The translations under genes were made by a program, and so were the position numbers. From positions 1 through 64,000 of the IMG/VR virus record IMGVR_UViG_3300023212_000537: 64,000 nt of DNA. One strand, written 5' to 3'. Position 1 is the stretch's first letter, and each line of letters opens with the position of its first letter. The DNA is from a virus. This document shows, one piece after another, positions 33,062 to 42,051 of the stretch. The notes beneath the pieces were generated by a model that saw only the letters and a program-made list of their open reading frames with translations, made no database searches and was not told the DNA's origin.

Positions 33062-33163
33062 CACATTTACATCTTGAAGCTAAAAAACAAAATTCACAAC
33101 CTGCAGTGGATGGTTGCCCCCGCCACTTTTATAAACAAGAGGGCATGATAGAAAGGAGGTGAA

Positions 33164-34078
33164 GTGAATATGGCAGATCCAGTACCAGCGCAACAACCTG
33201 TGCAGCCAGCACAACAGCCAATACAGCCAGTTGCTCCCGTATCTGTCCAGCCAGAATTACCAGCACAGCAGCCAGTACCGCAAGCACCAGTACAGGTGGT
33301 TTCGGAACAACCGCAAGTAGTGCAACGGCCAGTGGAGACGGAAGACAAAACGAGGTATGGGCAAGAAATGGATAAATTGAAAGAACATAATCGAAGACTG
33401 TTTGAAACAAATCAATTATTACAAACAGAGATTCAACGAAGAATGCAATTTAACCAGCAATTTGCTCCTATCCAACAGCAAGGACAAGTAGTGCCACAGC
33501 AACAATTAAATGAAGAAGATTTTGTCACAATAGATCCTTTGACAGGAGATCGATTTATTGATGAGCCAAAATTACGTCAAGCATTAACGCAAGCGCGGCA
33601 GGAAGCAACAACGGCACGTACAGTTGTGCAAAATTATATTAATTCATCTGAGCAACGGGAAGTACAACGGCAGGAGAAAGAGACATTCGCAGTTTATCCA
33701 GAATTAAATCCTAATTCGCAAAATTTTAATGCGAATATGTCAAATCAGGCAAGTGCATTGATCTTTCATTCGCTTGTTGCTCCGCAGAATTATGGTGGTC
33801 GCCCGCTTACTTTTTTAGAAGCGGCCAATATAGTAACAGGCGGACAACAAAAGGGAGTGCCACAGTTACAACCTGTACAGCAAAAAGCGCAACAACAAGG
33901 ATCACAAGCTCAAGAAGCAAAAGAGCAAGCATCAGTAACGTTGCAATCGCAACCACAACAAGTTCTTCCTTCAAATAATCCAGAACTGGAAACATTGCGA
34001 ATGCGAACACGACTTGGTGATGAAGAAGCACTTGCTAAAAGAATTTTAAATACTGATCATGTAATGAAACATGAATAG
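33164..34078 (+). CDS. scaffolding-like protein
   Basis: 304 aa; Q/P-rich N-terminal repeats (QQPVQPAQQPIQP), coiled-coil centre; located between portal and capsid; GGAGGTG SD. Confidence 0.5.
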   Translation: MNMADPVPAQQPVQPAQQPIQPVAPVSVQPELPAQQPVPQAPVQVVSEQPQVVQRPVETEDKTRYGQEMDKLKEHNRRLFETNQLLQTEIQRRMQFNQQFAPIQQQGQVVPQQQLNEEDFVTIDPLTGDRFIDEPKLRQALTQARQEATTARTVVQNYINSSEQREVQRQEKETFAVYPELNPNSQNFNANMSNQASALIFHSLVAPQNYGGRPLTFLEAANIVTGGQQKGVPQLQPVQQKAQQQGSQAQEAKEQASVTLQSQPQQVLPSNNPELETLRMRTRLGDEEALAKRILNTDHVMKHE

Positions 34079-34160
34079 TGTTGGGATCCACACCCCACGC
34101 TATGAGAAGTTTTTTCTTCTCTAAAGAAAAATCTAGTGTGGGGTAGGAGGTGAATGATGA

Positions 34161-34208
34161 ATGGCGTGGGGTTTAATTACGTATCAAGATGCGGGACGTA
34201 GAGAGGAT
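34161..34208 (+). CDS. major capsid protein, exon 1 (16 codons)
   Basis: MAWGLITYQDAGRRED; GGAGGTG SD 10 nt upstream; joins in frame to LMDVLADVSPDETP at 35100, restoring the ..TY....REDL.D....SP..TP N-terminal pattern I recall for this capsid family. Confidence 0.65.
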
Positions 34209-35099
34209 TAAATTAAGATATTTGCACTTTGACAACTGAAAGGAACTTGATTATAATAATCACATGAATTTTATCTGCTTGATTTGCAAGAAAAGTTTTT
34301 TTTCTTACAACAAAAAGAGAAAAACATGTTCTAAGAAATGTTCTGCAATTAATCAACAGAGCAGAATTATTAGGCAATGCGATTTTTGTAAAAAGAATAT
34401 TTCTAGAGTACCAAATGAATTAAAATATAAAAACATTTTTTGCGATAAAGTATGTCAACATAAATGGCAGAGACAGCATAAAATGAGGTTCTTTCAATTG
34501 AGGAATAAGAAATGGTGCATGGAGAAATATAAGGAAAAATCTCTAAAACAGATAGCAGAGGAAATAGGATGTGGAGAAACGATCATATATAAATACTTCA
34601 AAATTCATGGGATTAAATTAAACAGAGAACAATGGATTTCAGGCGATAAACATTATCTATGGAAAAATGGCATAACGCCATTTTATAAAATGATTCGTAA
34701 TCGGAGAAAATACTTTCATTGGCGACAGGAAGTTTTGAAGAATAATTTGTTGCAATGCATTTCATGCGGATCAATTAAAAACCTTGAAGTAGATCATATT
34801 AAAAAATTAAAATTTATTCTTGTCGATAATACTATTAAAACTATAGATGATGCGATGCGGTGTGAAGAGTTATGGGATATAAAAAATGGAAGAATTCTTT
34901 GTAGATCATGTAATCTTTTACGCGAGAAAAAATACATCTAAAATGGTCCTCTATAAAGCAGGCTAAACGGCGAACGGAAGAACTCCCAACGTCGTACCAA
35001 ATAAAAAAGGTCTAGAGACTATACACCTGCTGCTATAAATTAAATAATATATAGTAATGAAATAGTCCGATACTCTTAGGAATAGGAGATTAACAATCG
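34209..35099 (+). mobile_element. group I intron (891 nt) carrying an HNH homing endonuclease
   Basis: exon 1 ends in U (gaT) and the intron ends in G (aatcG). An in-frame TAA follows the 5' splice site directly. The 158-nt 3' core has GCAGG (34958-62) pairing with CCTGC (35026-30). CTAAACGGCGAAC..GGTCTAGAGAC resembles the T4 td intron core from memory. Confidence 0.65.
34264..34941 (+). CDS. HNH homing endonuclease (intron-encoded)
   Basis: N-terminal Cys-rich zinc fingers; C-terminal LEVDHIKKL..NGRILCRSCN HNH motif; own promoter TTGACA (34229-34), 17 nt, TATAAT (34252-57), with the ATG 6 nt downstream. Confidence 0.85.
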   Translation: MNFICLICKKSFFSYNKKRKTCSKKCSAINQQSRIIRQCDFCKKNISRVPNELKYKNIFCDKVCQHKWQRQHKMRFFQLRNKKWCMEKYKEKSLKQIAEEIGCGETIIYKYFKIHGIKLNREQWISGDKHYLWKNGITPFYKMIRNRRKYFHWRQEVLKNNLLQCISCGSIKNLEVDHIKKLKFILVDNTIKTIDDAMRCEELWDIKNGRILCRSCNLLREKKYI

Positions 35100-35960
35100 C
35101 TTATGGATGTACTCGCAGATGTCTCGCCAGATGAAACTCCGCTTTTAACACTCTTTGCCACAAGTACGGCAAGAGGGACGTTACATGAATGGTTAAAATA
35201 CAATATCACCAGACCAACAACGGTTTCGGCAGATGTTGAAGGTGCGGATATTACGTTCTCTGATTTAACACAACCATCAAGAACAAATAATATCACTCAA
35301 ATTATCAATCAGGCAGTTCAGGTTTCCAGAACTGAACGCAAAGTAAATGTTGCTGCAATGGGAGATCCATATGCATTCCAAAAAGCAGATGCATTAAGAC
35401 AGTTGAAAATGAAAATGGAATATGCAATTCTTAATGCGGCAAAAGCATCAGGAGCATCAGGATCGGCAAGACAAATGCAAGGCGTGGATGCCTTTATTGC
35501 AACACTTGTGACTGCGAGAAATTCAGGAACATCCTATTCTGAACAGGAACTGAATGATATGGCATCTGATTCATTCAATACAGTGCGTGCAGATAAAGTG
35601 TTTGATATGTTACTGTGTACAGTAAAAATCAAGCAGGCAATCGCAGGATTCGCGGGAAATTCAACAAGATATATTGATGCAGCGGATAGACGCTTAACAA
35701 AAGATATCTTGGTCTATGATTCAGCCGTTGGTTCTCATAGAATCATGCATCATAGAGATGTCCGTAATAATGCGGGATCAACAACTGTATATGGATTAAG
35801 AGAGGATATGCACCGAGTGGCATATCTTGATAAACCATTATTTGATGAATTAGCAAAAGTCGGCGATGCAGATCGCGGACGCTGGGTAACTGAGTTTACA
35901 TTGGAAGTTCTTGAAGAAAGAAGTGACCAAAAAAGAACGGGGTACGCACAATCAGGATGA
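35100..35960 (+). CDS. major capsid protein, exon 2 (HK97 fold, DUF5309/SU10-like)
   Basis: DVLADVSPDETPLLTLFATSTARGTLHEWLKYN.. is the family N-terminal signature; 285 aa; downstream of scaffold. Confidence 0.8.
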   Translation, partial: LMDVLADVSPDETPLLTLFATSTARGTLHEWLKYNITRPTTVSADVEGADITFSDLTQPSRTNNITQIINQAVQVSRTERKVNVAAMGDPYAFQKADALRQLKMKMEYAILNAAKASGASGSARQMQGVDAFIATLVTARNSGTSYSEQELNDMASDSFNTVRADKVFDMLLCTVKIKQAIAGFAGNSTRYIDAADRRLTKDILVYDSAVGSHRIMHHRDVRNNAGSTTVYGLREDMHRVAYLDKPLFDELAKVGDADRGRWVTEFTLEVLEERSDQKRTGYAQSG

Positions 35961-36101
35961 TGGGTGATGGTCTGTAATGGCAAATGGGGTTATATAAAAC
36001 GCAAACTTGCTCTTTGGAATGCTTCCCCAAGATATAAAAGAGACACAGGCGAGATGATTGCCAAAATCAGTTTCGCCTACACAAGAAAGGGAAATAAAAA
36101 T

Positions 36102-36431
36102 ATGCCTGCTGTTGGTTTTAAAAAAGATGTACAATTTAAATTCTATGCGACTCGTTCGGGACTCACGAACGTAAAATCGCTTCGCGATCATATGCGTGCT
36201 TATTATGTATTACGGATTGGTGGGCCTGCTGCAAGTGTTAAAACACTTTCGGATTTGGAAAAACAATGGCTTCGTCTTGTTATTACCACGGCAGGTGGAA
36301 CACCTGTAAGTAATTATTTATCTATGTTATGGAAACAGGCAGTTGCAATAAAAGGATTAACAGCAACAAATATGGTTGAGGAAAATCAAATTACTTACTG
36401 GTCATTAGTAACATCAGTAAATGGATTATGA
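36102..36431 (+). CDS. hypothetical head-associated protein (109 aa), paralog of 36428..36751
   Basis: start moved to MPAVGF; shares DLE.QWL..G..SNY.SMLWK..G....N.I.YW with the next ORF. Confidence 0.5.
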   Translation: MPAVGFKKDVQFKFYATRSGLTNVKSLRDHMRAYYVLRIGGPAASVKTLSDLEKQWLRLVITTAGGTPVSNYLSMLWKQAVAIKGLTATNMVEENQITYWSLVTSVNGL

Positions 36432-36751
36432 GTGCGACATTTTTACGAAATATTCAACGAAAGTTTTGGATGACTCATACAACAGGCGTTACTGCGCAAA
36501 CGCCTTTTGGATTACTTGCGCGTATGTATTGGACGCAGTATCTTGCTGATCCGACAATTACTATTGCTAATACCACTTATGCAGATCTACAGATTCGTTG
36601 GATGAAAAAATGGATGAATGATCATGGCGTAGCGCCGCCTAATACAAAATATATGCAAGTATTATGGAAATATCTTGTGGGATCAGCAGGAATTGCCCCA
36701 AGCAATTTCACCAGAGATAATGAAATTCAATTTTATTTAAACGCGCCGTAA
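36428..36751 (+). CDS. hypothetical head-associated protein (107 aa), paralog of 36102..36431
   Basis: ORF track; 4-nt overlap. Confidence 0.5.
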   Translation: MSATFLRNIQRKFWMTHTTGVTAQTPFGLLARMYWTQYLADPTITIANTTYADLQIRWMKKWMNDHGVAPPNTKYMQVLWKYLVGSAGIAPSNFTRDNEIQFYLNAP

Positions 36752-36754
36752 GTA

Positions 36755-36784
36755 TTGACAACAATAATAAAAGAATGATTTAAT
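36755..36784 (+). promoter_or_regulatory. late-type promoter (TTGACA..TTTAAT class)
   Basis: TTGACA (36755-60), 18 nt, TTTAAT (36779-84); ~200-nt leader with hairpin TAGTCG/CGACTA (36794-36816). Confidence 0.45.
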
Positions 36785-36982
36785 AGAAGTATAGTCGCTT
36801 TAGTAGAACGACTACAAAGTGATCAATAGAAGTTTTCTTTTATCTCTCCAATGATAAAGGATGGACTGTTTTATTGGTCGCTTTTTTTGTGGGATATATA
36901 AAGGGTCATTCCCTCGTCGGCGCACGTTCCATACGAACAAGTCGGGAGGTATGTATTTCATAAGAAGAGGCAGGTGAAATCT

Positions 36983-37204
36983 ATGGCAACAAATATTCCT
37001 GTAAATAAAAACAATCCAAGTATTAAACCTACAGATCAACCTCTTGGAAAAAATGCGCAAATTGGCACAGCCAATAAAGATGCATTAACAAAAAAAGCAC
37101 CAGCGTCTATGGGATATAACGTTTTTGATTATACTGATTATTTTAATCCTGATGCTGGTATATATGGAGGGTTTCGTGGTTTTACTGATAAGAAAGGATA
37201 TTAA
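36983..37204 (+). CDS. hypothetical protein with C-terminal YGGFRG motif
   Basis: ..FDYTDYFNPDAGIYGGFRGFTDKKGY; paralogous C-terminus in the next ORF. Confidence 0.5.
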   Translation: MATNIPVNKNNPSIKPTDQPLGKNAQIGTANKDALTKKAPASMGYNVFDYTDYFNPDAGIYGGFRGFTDKKGY

Positions 37205-37512
37205 TGGCATTACTAGATAAAAGCAAACTTCCTGCATATGGTAAAAGTCGATGGGCAATGCGTGGGCAATTGCCAAAAGCAGTTAAAAAAGGAACGGCTA
37301 TACAAAACGTTCGTAGTGTAAAAACTCCTGTTGGGCAAGCAAAAGCACTAGGTAAAGTACGTCCTGTAAATGGAACAACAAAAAGAAAAGGACAGGCAAA
37401 TGCACCATTGCCGTCAACAACAAAAAAGAAATTTGGGTATCAAGACTACTTTGATCAAACGGGAAATCCATATGGAGGTTTCCGCGGAATTACTGTTCGA
37501 GGGAAAAAGTAG
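37204..37512 (+). CDS. hypothetical basic protein with C-terminal YGGFRG motif
   Basis: ..FGYQDYFDQTGNPYGGFRGITVRGKK. Confidence 0.5.
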   Translation: MALLDKSKLPAYGKSRWAMRGQLPKAVKKGTAIQNVRSVKTPVGQAKALGKVRPVNGTTKRKGQANAPLPSTTKKKFGYQDYFDQTGNPYGGFRGITVRGKK

Positions 37513-37572
37513 GGATTTGCCAATCGCATACAAACAAGCTATATCTTTTGCAGAATACTTGTTGTGGTATTT

Positions 37573-40023
37573 ATGGAGCAGAAACCAAAATTATATTTAT
37601 CGATGATCATTAAAGATGATGAGCCTATTGCCATCGTTAAACGATCACTTGATAGCGTTAAAGCATTTGTTGATGCTGTTTATGTAGCAGTTACCTATAC
37701 AAAAGTTCAACCTTCTGATTCTCCTTTGCTTACTTTCTTACAAGAAGAAAAAGTACATCTTTCTTTTTTCCAATGGATAGATGATTTTGCTGCTGCGCGC
37801 AATTTTGCCATAAATCAAGTGCCGAAGGGGTCTGACTGTTTTATTTATTGGCATGATGCAGATGATATTGTTGATAAACCTGCCCTTCTTCCTCAAATTG
37901 CTTCTGAAATGTATGCAAATAATGTAGCTGCATATTTTTTCCCTTATTTATATATGGTTGAGCTTGATAAAGAAGGAAATATTAGAGAAATATTAGTGGA
38001 GCATAAACGAGAACGGTTAATTAGAAACGATGATACATTCAAATGGATTGGCGAACTTCATGAAACGCTTATTGAACAACGACAGGAGAATGTACAGAAA
38101 TATATGCGTCCAGATATCAGCGTTATTCATTTATCTGATGATAAACGGATTATGACAAATTTAGAACGTAATATTCGCATTTTAGAAAAAAAATTGAAAA
38201 AAGAAGAACATCGTGATCCGCGAACGGTTATTTACCTTGCGAAAGCATATTTTGATAAAGGAAAAGGTCTTGAAGATCGCAATGAACGAAAAATGTGGAT
38301 TGATCTTTCTCTTGTTTTATTTCGGGAATATTTGGAAGGGGAAGGAAAACCAGGAACAAAAGAGTATCGGGAAGGATCGGGATGGGCAGAGGAACGCTCA
38401 ACTGCATGGGCATATGTTGCGGATATATTTCGTATGTATAATAAACTGGATCAGGCAATCGAAGCAATTAATTATGCAATTGATGAGGCACCGCAATTTC
38501 CTTCTTATTATGTTGACAAAGCAGCATTATATGTTATGAAACAAGATATTTCTCGCGCGCAACATTGGTTACTTTTAGCAACGAATGTAAAAGAACCAGA
38601 AACAACAATTGTTACTATGCCTCGTGATTTGAAAGTAAAAGCATTAGAAGTTGATTATCATGTTGCGCTTGCTTCTCAAAAACTGGAAAAAGCACAGCAG
38701 GATTTAGAGCTGCTTCTTTCCATTTTGCCAGGAAACGTAGCATTTGAAGAAAGACTTGCGCAAGTAAAAAAACTTATTATGGCAAATCGAGCGTCCCAAT
38801 CGATTGTTTTTTTAGGAAAATATCTGGAAGAAACGAAAGAGGAAGAAAAAGTTCCCTATTTAATTCGGGCAATCCCTAAAGATTTAGAAGTTGAAAAATT
38901 TTCTTCAGAAATGCGTCATCGATTTATGCAACCGCGTCTTTGGGAAAAAAATGAAATTGCTATGCTTTGTGGACCTGGATGGGAAACATGGAGTCCAAAA
39001 AGTATTGCAACAGGACTGGGTGGATCAGAAGAAGCAATTGTATATATGAGCCAGGAATTAACAAAGCTGGGATGGAAAGTAACTGTCTATGCTAATCCAG
39101 CAGAACATTCGGGAGAATATGATGGAGTAGTATATAAGCAGTGGTATGATCTAAATCCAAAAGATCACTTTAATATTTTGTTTTTATGGCGCGCTGTTGG
39201 ATTTGTTGACGTTTCACCAAAAGCAAAATACAGCGTACTTTGGATGCACGATATTCCTAATAATCCAGATTTTACACAGGAACGAATTGAAAAAATTAAT
39301 AAAATTGCTGTGCTTTCCGATTATCATAAATCTCTTTTCAGAATGCAGAAAAAAGACGGCTCTTTTGTAAAAATTCCTGATGAAAAGTTTTTCCGTACTG
39401 CTAATGGTATTTCTTTGCAAGATCCGAAAGATTGGAACGGTGATTCCCATAAAATGATTTATGCATCCAGTCCTGATCGGGGACTTATATATCTGTTAAA
39501 TAACTGGAAAACAATTAAAGAAGCGGTGCCAGATGCAACGCTTGATATCTATTATGGATTTGCTATTTTTGATCGAATATTTGCCAATAATCCAGGACGA
39601 ATGGCATGGAAACAACAGATGATGCAGTTAATGGAACAGGATGGTATTACCTATCATGGCCGAGTGGGACATAAAGAACTGGAAGATGCTTTTGCGAAAG
39701 CGGGTATATATGCATATCCAAGTGACTTCCAAGAAATCTCGTGTATTTCTTTAATGAAAGCGCAAGCGTTGGGTGCAGTACCAGTTGTTACAAATTATGC
39801 AGCGTTAAAAGAAACAGTGCAAAATGGAGTAAAAGTTGATTGCGATATTACTACTTCAGAGGGACAGAAAATATATATACAAGCACTTATTGATATGCTC
39901 AAAAATGAAGAAGAGCAGAAAGAGATTAGAAAGACAATGGTACCATGGGCGCGTGAATATTTTCCATGGAATAAAGTTGCGCATGATTGGGATAGTTTAT
40001 TTACCAAGGAGGTGAAAGAATAA
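37573..40023 (+). CDS. multidomain glycosyltransferase (GT2-like N-terminus, TPR-like middle, GT4/GT1-like C-terminus)
   Basis: LSMIIKDDEP..WHDADD (GT-A DxD); helical repeats; GGSEEAIVYMSQELTKLGWKV..EISCISLMKAQALG (GT-B). Confidence 0.65.
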   Translation: MEQKPKLYLSMIIKDDEPIAIVKRSLDSVKAFVDAVYVAVTYTKVQPSDSPLLTFLQEEKVHLSFFQWIDDFAAARNFAINQVPKGSDCFIYWHDADDIVDKPALLPQIASEMYANNVAAYFFPYLYMVELDKEGNIREILVEHKRERLIRNDDTFKWIGELHETLIEQRQENVQKYMRPDISVIHLSDDKRIMTNLERNIRILEKKLKKEEHRDPRTVIYLAKAYFDKGKGLEDRNERKMWIDLSLVLFREYLEGEGKPGTKEYREGSGWAEERSTAWAYVADIFRMYNKLDQAIEAINYAIDEAPQFPSYYVDKAALYVMKQDISRAQHWLLLATNVKEPETTIVTMPRDLKVKALEVDYHVALASQKLEKAQQDLELLLSILPGNVAFEERLAQVKKLIMANRASQSIVFLGKYLEETKEEEKVPYLIRAIPKDLEVEKFSSEMRHRFMQPRLWEKNEIAMLCGPGWETWSPKSIATGLGGSEEAIVYMSQELTKLGWKVTVYANPAEHSGEYDGVVYKQWYDLNPKDHFNILFLWRAVGFVDVSPKAKYSVLWMHDIPNNPDFTQERIEKINKIAVLSDYHKSLFRMQKKDGSFVKIPDEKFFRTANGISLQDPKDWNGDSHKMIYASSPDRGLIYLLNNWKTIKEAVPDATLDIYYGFAIFDRIFANNPGRMAWKQQMMQLMEQDGITYHGRVGHKELEDAFAKAGIYAYPSDFQEISCISLMKAQALGAVPVVTNYAALKETVQNGVKVDCDITTSEGQKIYIQALIDMLKNEEEQKEIRKTMVPWAREYFPWNKVAHDWDSLFTKEVKE

Positions 40024-40229
40024 TGGATACATTTGTAAAATTGCCAAGAGGTAAATGTTTTGTTTGCGGAAAAGAAGTTCCGATTAGATCGATTCGAGAA
40101 AAAAATAAAGCGGTATTTTGTTCGCGAAGTCATGCATCGCTAGGGAAATATAAAGCACGATATTCGGGAGCAAATGCAGGGCCAAGTGATCGGCCTGAAA
40201 ATATTTTAGATAAAGCAAAACAATTATGA
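40023..40229 (+). CDS. small hypothetical protein (68 aa)
   Basis: ORF track; CFVC..CSRSH. Confidence 0.45.
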   Translation: MDTFVKLPRGKCFVCGKEVPIRSIREKNKAVFCSRSHASLGKYKARYSGANAGPSDRPENILDKAKQL

Positions 40230-40245
40230 GAAAGGAGGCGCATTT

Positions 40246-40467
40246 ATGGTAGGTCCTAATGAGATAACTTCTACTGATGTTTTGCAAATTGCAAACGCAC
40301 TCGCTGTTGCAACAGGAAGTAGAATAATGTCGCAGGAATATGCAAAGGAAATATGGATGCAATATCTGAAAAAAGCAGGATACGCTACTGTTCGTGAAAA
40401 AAATACGATGACGGTAACAGGAACAAGAATGGAAGGAAATGAAGTAACGGTAATAAAACAGGGATGA
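40246..40467 (+). CDS. hypothetical protein (73 aa)
   Basis: ORF track; AAAGGAGG SD. Confidence 0.5.
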   Translation: MVGPNEITSTDVLQIANALAVATGSRIMSQEYAKEIWMQYLKKAGYATVREKNTMTVTGTRMEGNEVTVIKQG

Positions 40468-40479
40468 AAGGAGGTGACT

Positions 40480-40878
40480 ATGGCACGATTAAAAAAACTT
40501 GATCCTGAATGGAAACCAGCAGAAAATCCATATTTAAAAGTTGGAGGAATAATTGAAATCACTGATTATTCACAGCTTGTAAGGCAATCAAAAGCAATTC
40601 TTGTTGACGAGAGAGGAAATGAAATTCCTCTTCCTGATGAGATATTAGTTTGTCCTGTGTGTTTCAGAAAAATTCAAGGATCACTTAATGAATTTAGTAA
40701 ACATATTCAAGTGGATCATGCACCAAAATCAAAAACAGGAATGATGGTAGTAGAAGAAATAAAAGAAGAGGAAACAGAAACAACGCAAGCACCTTCTCCT
40801 CTAATGAAATCGGCAGTAGAAATTGCAAAGGAAAGAAGATTAGAAGCACTCGCTGTGGCGAGAGGAAAAACAATATAG
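40480..40878 (+). CDS. hypothetical protein with C2H2-like zinc finger
   Basis: CPVCFRKIQGSLNEFSKHIQVDH; GGAGGTG SD. Confidence 0.5.
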   Translation: MARLKKLDPEWKPAENPYLKVGGIIEITDYSQLVRQSKAILVDERGNEIPLPDEILVCPVCFRKIQGSLNEFSKHIQVDHAPKSKTGMMVVEEIKEEETETTQAPSPLMKSAVEIAKERRLEALAVARGKTI

Positions 40879-40879
40879 T

Positions 40880-41674
40880 ATGGAGAAAAAACTCCTTTTC
40901 GTTTTTGATTTTAAATATCCCGAAACTTTCTTAATGGGTAGTGGATTATGGGCGGCAATAGAATTATTGCAACAGGATTTTGCTATCGAGAAAATAAATA
41001 TAGCGGTTGAAAAACCACATGAAACACTTTCAGATTTTGTTTTGGGCTGGGGAGCATTTAATAGTCGGGTAGATCGTATGTTACAGACTTTGCCTTCTGA
41101 TATTCCCAAAGGTCTTTGTATCGCAGGCAATTCTTTTCCTCCTGATGGCATGGAAAAATATAATGTATTATTCCATGAAACGATGTTTGGAAAAGAACAG
41201 ATTAAAAATCATCCACATACTGTTCATGCATTTGGCGTGAACACCGATATTTATTGGGGACATTCATCAGTGAAAATTTGGGATTATCTTACTGTTGGCG
41301 CATTCGCTTCTTGGAAGCGGCAAAATCTTCTGATAAAAAAAACAGGAACACGCTTTGCAATCGGGGAAATTCAAAAAGGAAATATTTCAGAATCCATGAA
41401 TATTATTGCAGAATTGTTATTAGAGGGAATCGGAATAAGTGATATGGTAATGCCTGAAAATTTGGCAAAAATATATAAGTTAGCAAAAGTAGTATATATT
41501 CCTGCTAACAGCAATGGAGGAGGAGAACGAGCAGTCCTTGAAGCACGCGCTTGTCGTATTCCTGTAGAGGTAGAATCCGATAATCCAAAACTTATAGAAT
41601 TGACAAAATCCCCTTTGTGGGATCAATGGTATTACATGGAGCAATTAAAAAAAGGAATAAGTAATTATGTATGA
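40880..41674 (+). CDS. glycosyltransferase-like protein (GT-B C-terminal half)
   Basis: VYIPANSNGGGERAVLEARACRIPV resembles the E(x7)E region of GT4 enzymes. Confidence 0.45.
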   Translation: MEKKLLFVFDFKYPETFLMGSGLWAAIELLQQDFAIEKINIAVEKPHETLSDFVLGWGAFNSRVDRMLQTLPSDIPKGLCIAGNSFPPDGMEKYNVLFHETMFGKEQIKNHPHTVHAFGVNTDIYWGHSSVKIWDYLTVGAFASWKRQNLLIKKTGTRFAIGEIQKGNISESMNIIAELLLEGIGISDMVMPENLAKIYKLAKVVYIPANSNGGGERAVLEARACRIPVEVESDNPKLIELTKSPLWDQWYYMEQLKKGISNYV

Positions 41675-42051
41675 AAATAGCATTTGATTTTAATGGTGTT
41701 ATGGATACATATCAGCAGATATTACTTCCTTTTATTGTCTTATTAAAACAATCGGGCCATCAGGTAGGATTATGTACGGGAAATGCTAGTGGGGTATTTC
41801 CCAAAGAATATAAAAATTTTTGGGATTTTACTATTTTTTGTGAAGGACCAGAAGAAGAGATGCGATTAAGCAAGAGAGTTGCAACGACACATGAAGAGAA
41901 AATGAAATATTGGAAATCAAAAGCACTACAAGAACAAAAAGTTGATCTTATTTTTGAAGATCATGCAAAACAAATAGAAGGAGTAACGGCAGTTCAGATT
42001 GGAATGCCGCAGAAAACAACCTATGATACCGCTTCTAAGACCGACAATTGA
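41671..42051 (+). CDS. HAD-like hydrolase (126 aa)
   Basis: MKIAFDFNGVMD (motif I with Asn at the second acidic position), GLCTG, FEDH. Confidence 0.4.
   Translation: MKIAFDFNGVMDTYQQILLPFIVLLKQSGHQVGLCTGNASGVFPKEYKNFWDFTIFCEGPEEEMRLSKRVATTHEEKMKYWKSKALQEQKVDLIFEDHAKQIEGVTAVQIGMPQKTTYDTASKTDN

Noticed and set aside
33094-33410. Minus-strand Cys/Gly/Thr-rich ORFs (33094..33348, 33129..33410) and 33807..34031
   Set aside because: They are antisense to the Q/P-rich low-complexity part of the scaffold-like gene, and so are a compositional artefact.
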